A DNA stretch of 13,918 bases from a virus (Duplodnaviria; Heunggongvirae; Uroviricota; Caudoviricetes). This document shows positions 8,336-13,918 of this stretch, piece after piece. A program made the position numbers and the translations under genes. Position 1 is the first letter of the stretch, and each line of letters starts with the position of its first letter. The notes under the pieces are model-generated. The model made no database searches, had not been told where the DNA came from, and saw only the letters and a list, made by a program, of their open reading frames with translations. The DNA is taken from IMG/VR virus record IMGVR_UViG_2695420480_000007; one strand, given 5' to 3'.

Positions 8336-8625
8336 TCAAAAATCAGGTGAGTAACGGACCGGGGACATAGCTCCTTTTTTTCTTAATTCATCTGGTATTT
8401 TTTTTCCAAGATAAAGATTTGCTATTTCAGGTGGGGCTTCTCGACCTTCAAAACCATAGCGAGAACTTTGTGTTGCCTCAAAGTCCGGATCCTCGTCCCA
8501 GTATTTCATCGTAGGGAAATTTTCACGTGTTGATTTGAGCCATTTATCAGCAATGAAAACCCCTCGAACGATCCCCCTTACAGTAGCAAGAATGACTTCT
8601 GCTTGGCTGGCGCGAGAGACATTAA
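8336..8625 (-). pseudogene. 3' fragment of the GIY-YIG gene (codons 180..274), inverted duplicate
   Basis: Reverse complement of 4836..5125, exact. Track ORF 8336..8761 is a chimera of this with antisense tfa sequence. Confidence 0.7.
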
Positions 8626-8728
8626 AATCACCCGCCTTAACGCTGTACTGGATTACATTGACGCGGTGACGGCAACAAATACCAGCACAGCGCCGGATGT
8701 CATCTGGCCTGAATTGCCGGAGGCGTAG
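8625..8728 (+). pseudogene. 3' fragment of tfa' (direct duplicate of 6787..6890)
   Basis: Identical to the end of the 200-aa tfa' gene but lacks its 5' 500 bp; begins at the non-site junction at 8625. Confidence 0.6.
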
Positions 8729-9131
8729 GCCATTCAATATCTGGATCACTGGAGGTATCAATCAGTTCCAGTGCGTCCAGATAATCCAGCCACAGATTAT
8801 ATTGCGCCAGTTCCTCGCCTTTCAGACGACCAATAGCGGCTTTACCGGGCCATTGCTTACTGTTCATGTATTCGTTGGCCTGATTAACTAATCGCTGTTT
8901 ATTTGATTCAGCGATTGTGATTAATTCTTCGCTGGTAAGTGGTGGCGCATCCTGCCATATTGGAAAACCATTTTTATCTGAACCAAGTATTTTACCATCA
9001 GGCCATGCAACTCCTGCGAACTCAGAATAAATAGTAAAGTTTATTTTCGTAGCGTTCTCAGGAATGGTTTGGCTATCTGGTGAAATATAAAACCCCGAAT
9101 CAGAGGGATTAAAATAATATGTCTTTTCCAT
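8700..9131 (-). CDS. Tail fibre assembly protein (Tfa, 143 aa), copy B, cognate to the expressed fibre
   Basis: Identical to 6862..7293; directly downstream of the stf gene. Confidence 0.8.
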   Translation of the reverse strand: MEKTYYFNPSDSGFYISPDSQTIPENATKINFTIYSEFAGVAWPDGKILGSDKNGFPIWQDAPPLTSEELITIAESNKQRLVNQANEYMNSKQWPGKAAIGRLKGEELAQYNLWLDYLDALELIDTSSDPDIEWPTPPAIQAR

Positions 9132-9133
9132 AG

Positions 9134-9781
9134 TTAATACCCCACAGCCATCCAGTAAATTGAATTTGTTGTAGCAGAAGTGTAAGTAAATCTGATTTTA
9201 GTTCTGTTGGTACTTCCAATATCAAAGCCCACAGAACGGGCAGAAGGATCATTAGTTGAAATAAGAGCATTTACCGAACGACAAGCCGCAGGGAAAGCTA
9301 CAGGTAATGTTATATCAACTGTTCCAACACTTCCTCCGGTTGGTGAGACAGAAAAACTCCCCCATTGAATAATCATCCCCCCAGGTAATTTCTGGTATCC
9401 ATTGGCGGTCAATGAGTTACCAAAGCTGTTCATATCCGGTACCTGATTTTCTCCTGTCCCCACATTCCTTTTTGCTGCTTCTCCCAAACCAAGGTTTTCG
9501 AGAGCCGTTTTCACCGTGCCATCCGATTTGATATCGCCAAACGGATTCTTGCGGCTTAACAGCAGCGCGCGAAGTGCGGTAAGTAACTGGTCGTGCCGCC
9601 CCTTCTCCAGGCTGGCACCGGATGCCTCCACCACACTGCAAAGTTCCTCCTGCAACATGTCAAAGTAGTCATCATCCAGATCGGTGGCAGGCGTGCCGGT
9701 CTGGGGGTTACCACGGGTAAAACCGTTCTTACCCGCGCCGAACTTATCCTTCTGCGCGGTTTTCGTGTCTATACGATGCAT
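9134..9781 (-). CDS. Side tail fibre protein (about 97-aa constant N-terminal region fused to the Sv variable region), 215 aa
   Basis: ATG at 9781 with GGAG 7 nt upstream. N-terminus [21 protein letters not shown]… looks like a short e14/Mu-type fibre constant part; the constant/variable junction (…ENLGLGE|AAKRN…) coincides with crossover site 3. Confidence 0.75.
   Translation of the reverse strand: MHRIDTKTAQKDKFGAGKNGFTRGNPQTGTPATDLDDDYFDMLQEELCSVVEASGASLEKGRHDQLLTALRALLLSRKNPFGDIKSDGTVKTALENLGLGEAAKRNVGTGENQVPDMNSFGNSLTANGYQKLPGGMIIQWGSFSVSPTGGSVGTVDITLPVAFPAACRSVNALISTNDPSARSVGFDIGSTNRTKIRFTYTSATTNSIYWMAVGY
9479..9504. other. 26-bp Din-invertase crossover site inside the stf gene (best palindrome), site 3
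   Basis: TTCTCCCAAACC-AA-GGTTTTCGAGAG, close to hixL as I recall it (TTCTTGAAAACC-AA-GGTTTTTGATAA, from memory). Sits at the fibre constant/variable boundary. Confidence 0.6.
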
Positions 9782-9784
9782 GGA

Positions 9785-9916
9785 TTACTCCGGATAACCG
9801 GGGTTTTCACCCGGTGCCGACCGCGCACGGCGCATCACCAGCCGACGGGCATCACGCATATGACGCTGACCAATCGTGACAAACGCCCGCCGGACACGGG
9901 CGCGGTTAAAGCGCAT
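9785..9916 (-). CDS. Small Arg-rich hypothetical protein (43 aa), possible late-operon remnant
   Basis: ATG overlaps the end of the upstream reading frame; stop is 3 nt before the stf ATG. Not in the ORF track (short). Confidence 0.25.
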   Translation of the reverse strand: MRFNRARVRRAFVTIGQRHMRDARRLVMRRARSAPGENPGYPE

Positions 9917-9935
9917 CTCCGCGGGCTGCTGAAAA

Positions 9936-10235
9936 TCAACGTGCAAAAAGGAAGTCGCCATTGCTGCCTCCGTGACTCTGCGTAAATTCGCCCAGTTCCG
10001 TACACTCCAGCAGCAGAAAGCGCCGCGCCCCGTTCAGATCGCGCTGACGTTTCACCCGGTACACACTGTCACCGCAGACCACCTCATAATCAGCGGTGAT
10101 CCCCCGGCGGTAGCGAATGGTGATGTAATGGGTGATGGCGTCCCCGGTCTGCGCGGTTTCCTGCCAGGTGGTGGCACTGGTCTGGATAACCTTCGCCCAT
10201 GTCCGGAACGTAACCGGGTACCCTGGCGACGCGCC
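9936..10235 (-). pseudogene. 5'-truncated phage head-tail joining/adaptor-like gene fragment
   Basis: A frame with no start codon reads …VTFRTWAKVIQTSATTWQETAQTGDAITHYITIRYRRGITADYEVVCGDSVYRVKRQRDLNGARRFLLLECTELGEF…, resembling the head-tail joining family pattern. GC-rich (about 60%). Confidence 0.4.
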
Positions 10236-10453
10236 TTACGCGTTAACCAGCCTTCTGCTTCCAGCCGTGCGATAGCCGTTCTGACGGTACTCATCCCCGC
10301 GCCAATCTGACGGGCAATGGTTTCAATTGATGGCCAGCACACACCTTCGTCATTACTGAAATCAGCCAGGCGGGCCATAATTGCCACGCTGGATAATTTC
10401 ATGCCTGACGCTGCGCAACCATCCCATACATAGCCGGTTAATTTAGTGCTCAT
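10052..10453 (-). pseudogene. Chimeric ORF: authentic N-terminal HTH domain (about 77 aa) of a phage replication/regulatory protein, then out-of-frame read-through
   Basis: [13 protein letters not shown]…SIETIARQIGAGMSTVRTAIARLEAEGWLTRKARRQG is a clean winged-HTH N-terminus. After RQG (about 10220..10228) the frame reads low-complexity Pro/Arg/Gly text while another frame carries the head-tail joining fragment. Confidence 0.5.
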
Positions 10454-10664
10454 GACCGACCTCTATTTCCCTGAATTTACGACGAAACTGTTCGAGCGGG
10501 CTGAAGCACTCATGCTCATAGCCTTCACGGAGGTAGATAACCCGTTGTGTTTCCGGCTCCCAACGAATGACTCTGACGGGCACTCCGTAGTGATCTTTGA
10601 ACCAGCGATTAACTTGTCGCAAAGGACTGTCTCCTTCTGCCGGTTGAAATCCCCCACAGCCCAC
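10443..10664 (-). CDS. Small hypothetical protein (73 aa)
   Basis: GTG start; its stop overlaps the start of the downstream HTH gene by 11 nt (operonic). No domain recognised with confidence. Confidence 0.4.
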   Translation of the reverse strand: MGCGGFQPAEGDSPLRQVNRWFKDHYGVPVRVIRWEPETQRVIYLREGYEHECFSPLEQFRRKFREIEVGHEH

Positions 10665-10764
10665 TCTGCAAAGCTGTGGGTTACAATTTCCCTGTCGGGG
10701 ACCTTGAAAACGTCAATATCACTCACTGGGCAGTAATGCCAAAAGCACCGGAGGCTGGAGCATA

Positions 10765-11070
10765 ATGACCACTTTTACCGACAAAGAACTGATTAAAGAA
10801 ATTAAAGAGCGTATCAGCAGCCTTGACGTGCGAGACGATATTGAGCGCCGTGCTTATGAAATCGCACTCCTATCTCTGGAAGTAGAACCAGATGAACGCG
10901 AAGCTTATGAATTATTCATGGAAAAGCGTTTTGGTGACTTAGTAGATCGTCGGAGAGCAAAAAACGGCGATAACGAATACATGGCATGGGATATGACTCT
11001 CGGTTGGATCGTCTGGCAGCAACGAGCTGGTATCCATTTCTCAACAATGTCACAGCAAGAGGTGAAATAA
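10765..11070 (+). CDS. Hypothetical early-region protein (101 aa)
   Basis: ATG 10765 with GGAG 4 nt upstream; stop TAA shares its A with the xis ATG (TAATG), indicating translational coupling. Confidence 0.55.
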   Translation: MTTFTDKELIKEIKERISSLDVRDDIERRAYEIALLSLEVEPDEREAYELFMEKRFGDLVDRRRAKNGDNEYMAWDMTLGWIVWQQRAGIHFSTMSQQEVK

Positions 11071-11420
11071 TGGAGCCATACAGCCTCACACTCGATGAGG
11101 CCTGTCATTTTCTCAAGATATCCAGACCGACTGCCATTAACTGGATACGCACAGGGCGTCTTCAGGCAACACGCAAAGATCCCACTAAGAATAAATCTCC
11201 TTACCTCACAACACGACAAGCCTGCATTGCGGCTCTTCAGTCTCCGCTGCATACTGTCCAGGTGAGCGCGGGTGATGGCATAACAGAGGAAAGAAAATGT
11301 CACTCTTCCGCAGAGGTGAAATATGGTACGCCAGTTTCACATTGCCGAACGGTAAAAGATTTAAACAGTCTCTTGGAACAAAGGACAAAAGGCAGGCGAC
11401 AGAACTCCATGACAAGCTAA
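11070..11420 (+). CDS. xis: Excisionase (Xis), P22-like, 116 aa
   Basis: Internal start of track ORF 10986..11420; ATG 11070 preceded by GAGGTG. DNA-binding motif [26 protein letters not shown]. Overlaps int by 124 nt in another frame. Confidence 0.65.
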   Translation: MEPYSLTLDEACHFLKISRPTAINWIRTGRLQATRKDPTKNKSPYLTTRQACIAALQSPLHTVQVSAGDGITEERKCHSSAEVKYGTPVSHCRTVKDLNSLLEQRTKGRRQNSMTS

Positions 11421-12460
11421 AGGCTGAAGCATGGCGGGTCAGCAAACTTGGTGAAATACCTGATATAACGTTCGAGGAAGCGTGTGTCAGGTGGCTTGAA
11501 GAGAAAGCACATAAAAAATCACTGGACGATGACAAAAGCCGGATCGGATTCTGGCTTCAACATTTCGCAGGAATGCAACTAAGAGACATTACTGAATCAA
11601 AAATTTATTCAGCAATGCAGAAAATGACGAACCGGCGTCATGAGGAAAACTGGAAACTCAGGGCAGAAGCATGCAGAAAAAAAGGGAAACCTGTTCCAGA
11701 ATACACGCCAAAACCAGCGTCCGTTGCAACGAAGGCTACGCATCTTTCATTTATAAAGGCCCTACTAAGAGCCGCAGAGCGTGAATGGAAAATGCTGGAT
11801 AAGGCACCAATTATTAAAGTGCCTCAACCAAAGAATAAACGGATCCGCTGGCTGGAGCCCCATGAAGCACAAAGGCTGATTGATGAATGTCCGGAGCCAT
11901 TAAAGTCTGTTGTTGAATTTGCACTGGCAACAGGCTTAAGACGCTCGAACATCATCAACCTTGAATGGCAACAAATAGATATGCAGCGCCGGGTGGCATG
12001 GATAAACCCGGAAGAGAGTAAATCAAACCGCGCAATTGGCGTTGCGCTGAATGATACTGCATGTCGCGTATTGAAAAAACAAATCGGGAATCATCACCGT
12101 TGGGTATTTGTGTACAAGGAAAGCTGTACCAAACCAGACGGAACGAAAGCGCCAACAGTAAGGAAGATGCGGTATGACGCAAACACAGCCTGGAAAGCGG
12201 CGCTGAGACGGGCTGGTATTGATGATTTCAGATTTCACGACTTGAGACACACCTGGGCAAGTTGGCTGGTTCAAGCCGGAGTCCCGTTGTCAGTGTTACA
12301 GGAAATGGGAGGCTGGGAGTCTATCGAAATGGTTCGTCGATATGCTCACCTTGCACCTAATCACCTTACCGAACACGCACGGCAAATAGACTCGATCCTG
12401 AACCCATCGGTCCCAAATTTGTCCCAGTCAAAAAATAAGGAAGGTACTAATGATGTGTAA
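11297..12460 (+). CDS. int: Tyrosine site-specific integrase, P22/thrW-targeting family
   Basis: 387-aa ORF with SD GAGGA. N-terminus [47 protein letters not shown] matches my recollection of P22 Int; C-terminal catalytic region has R…HDLRHT…Y. Ends 14 bp from the thrW 3' end. Confidence 0.9.
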   Translation: MSLFRRGEIWYASFTLPNGKRFKQSLGTKDKRQATELHDKLKAEAWRVSKLGEIPDITFEEACVRWLEEKAHKKSLDDDKSRIGFWLQHFAGMQLRDITESKIYSAMQKMTNRRHEENWKLRAEACRKKGKPVPEYTPKPASVATKATHLSFIKALLRAAEREWKMLDKAPIIKVPQPKNKRIRWLEPHEAQRLIDECPEPLKSVVEFALATGLRRSNIINLEWQQIDMQRRVAWINPEESKSNRAIGVALNDTACRVLKKQIGNHHRWVFVYKESCTKPDGTKAPTVRKMRYDANTAWKAALRRAGIDDFRFHDLRHTWASWLVQAGVPLSVLQEMGGWESIEMVRRYAHLAPNHLTEHARQIDSILNPSVPNLSQSKNKEGTNDV

Positions 12461-12474
12461 CTTATTGATTTAAA

Positions 12475-12550
12475 TGGTGCCGATAATAGGAGTCGAACCT
12501 ACGACCTTCGCATTACGAATGCGCTGCTCTACCAACTGAGCTATATCGGC
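12475..12550 (-). tRNA. thrW: tRNA-Thr (anticodon CGU)
   Basis: Reverse complement gives a 76-nt tRNA: GCCGATATAGCTCAGTTGGTAGAGCAGCGCATTCGTAATGCG…GGTTCGACTCC…CACCA, with anticodon loop tTCGTaa, T-loop and encoded CCA. Adjacent to proA as in E. coli/Salmonella. Confidence 0.9.
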
Positions 12551-12664
12551 CCTGAAAGGACATGTTCACGAACGTGAATCACGGTGGACAAGGTTAAAAC
12601 TAACCGGGCGATGCGTCAATGGCCTTGTGAATCAAATGGCTACTTTTGCATCACCCGGTTTTAT

Positions 12665-13918
12665 TTACGCACGAATGGTGTAATCACCAATGCCGATCCA
12701 CTTGTAAGTGGTCAGTGCTTCCAGCCCCATTGGGCCACGCGCGTGGAGTTTTTGTGTGCTTACCGCCACTTCCGCACCCAGACCAAACTGGCCGCCGTCG
12801 GTAAAACGCGTAGAGGCGTTAACGTAAACAGCGGACGAATCCACTTCGTTAACAAAACGCTGGGCGTTGCGCATATCGCGGGTCAGGATCGCATCGGAGT
12901 GTTGTGTGCCGTGTTCACGAATATGGGCGATGGCATCGTCAAGATCGCTGACGATTTTGACGTTCAAATCTAATGACAGAAACTCATCGTCATACTCTTC
13001 GGCTTTAACAGCAACCACCTTCGCAGGGCCTGCCTGCAACTGCGCCAGTGCAGCTGCATCTGCGTGTAATGTCACGCCGCTTTCCGCCATTTGTTTGCTT
13101 AATGCGGGCAGGAAGCTATCGGCGATGTTTTTATTCACCAGCAACGTTTCAACCGTATTACATGTGCTCGGACGCTGAGTTTTCGCGTTGACGATCACTT
13201 TTAATGCTTCAGCGATCTCTACACTTTCATCAACGTAAATATGGCATACGCCTATACCACCTGTGATCACCGGGATTGTCGACTGTTCACGGCACAGTTT
13301 ATGCAAACCAGCGCCACCACGCGGGATCAGCATGTCGATGTATTTATCCATACGCAGCATTTCACTGACCAGCGCACGGTCAGGATTATCAATCGCCTGC
13401 ACGGCACCCGCCGGTAAGCCGCAGGATTTCAGGGCGTCCTGAATCACCGCCACCGTTGCAGCGTTAGTGCGACACGTTTCTTTGCCACCGCGCAGGATCA
13501 CCGCATTACCGGTTTTCAGGCACAGCGAAGCGACATCAACCGTCACGTTCGGGCGCGCTTCATAAATCACGCCAATAACCCCCAGCGGTACGCGACGACG
13601 CTCAAGACGCAGGCCGCTGTCCAGTACGCCGCCATCGATTACCTGCCCCACCGGATCGGCGAGGTTGCACACCTGACGTACATCGTCGGCAATGCCTTTC
13701 AGCCGTGCGGGCGTCAGTGCCAGACGGTCAAGCATCGCTTCGCTAAGGCCATTGGCTCGCGCGTCAGCAACATCCTGGGCGTTAGCGTTGAGGATGATTT
13801 CGCTTTGTGCTTCCAGTTCATCGGCGATTTTTTCCAGCACGCGATTTTTTTCGCGGCTGGAGAGTTGCGCTAATTTATACGAGGCTTGCTTCGCGGCAAT
13901 GCCCATTTGTTCCAGCAT
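12665..13918 (-). CDS. proA: Gamma-glutamyl phosphate reductase (glutamate-5-semialdehyde dehydrogenase)
   Basis: 417-aa ORF matching E. coli ProA as I recall it ([21 protein letters not shown]…); the start codon is the last three bases of the window. Confidence 0.95.

Larger units (their letters stand above)
7641..8625. repeat. Right arm of the 985-bp perfect inverted duplication
   Basis: Reverse complement of 4836..5820. Confidence 0.9.
8625..9492. repeat. Second copy of the 868-bp direct duplication
   Basis: Offset +1838 from 6787..7654; ends at the central dinucleotide of crossover site 3. Confidence 0.9.

Noticed and set aside
8336-8761. 141-aa ORF
   Set aside because: It is a chimera: the first 46 aa are antisense to tfa sequence and the rest is the duplicated GIY-YIG 3' fragment. 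Annotated as a pseudogene fragment instead.
9417-10310. Plus-strand ORFs (74, 130, 112 aa) in the GC-rich 9.4–10.3 kb region
   Set aside because: Open frames are expected by chance in GC-rich DNA; recognisable coding sequence (stf, head-tail joining fragment, HTH) is on the minus strand.
10446-11535. Track ORFs 10446..10736(+), 10463..10726(-), 10905..11303(-), 11206..11535(-)
   Set aside because: They overlap better-supported genes (73-aa ORF, 101-aa ORF, xis, int) in antisense or alternative frames with no RBS support.
12565-12578. Perfect 14-bp palindrome TTCACGAACGTGAA in the proA–thrW intergenic region
   Set aside because: It lies in the expected native thrW leader/promoter region. It could be a regulatory site, but nothing in the sequence distinguishes it from ordinary conserved chromosomal sequence, and I saw no second copy.
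11955-13178. ORFs antisense to int (11955..12274) and to proA (12584..13178)
   Set aside because: They lie within highly conserved genes on the opposite strand.

Overview
This window is the proA–thrW edge of an enterobacterial (E. coli/Shigella-like) chromosome with a degraded, mosaic prophage or genomic island inserted at thrW. All calls are from reading the sequence and ORF track; no searches were run. Right end: complete proA (12665..13918, -), tRNA-Thr(CGU) thrW (12475..12550, -), then a P22-like tyrosine integrase with overlapping excisionase. Middle (about 4.8–9.8 kb): an e14/Mu-G-like tail-fibre shufflon with a Pin/Gin/Hin-family serine invertase, but rearranged. A 985-bp perfect inverted duplication (4836..5820 and 7641..8625) gives two intact invertase genes, and an 868-bp direct duplication (6787..7654 and 8625..9492) repeats the tfa/stf-variable cassette. 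One novel junction lies at the centre of a 26-bp hix-like crossover site; the other (8625) is not site-specific. Left, AT-rich part: a GIY-YIG nuclease-family gene beside the invertase (the slot mcrA occupies in e14), an XRE-HTH/ImmA-IrrE metallopeptidase pair divergent from a Bro-N gene, and a trypsin-like serine protease with an unrecognised N-terminal domain. These are candidate defence or regulatory cargo, not demonstrated systems. A family of about 80-nt non-coding paralogous elements occurs three times (plus one inverted copy); one ends in a 28-nt stretch matching, from memory, the 3' end of tmRNA (ssrA). No CRISPR array, rRNA or IS transposase was seen.
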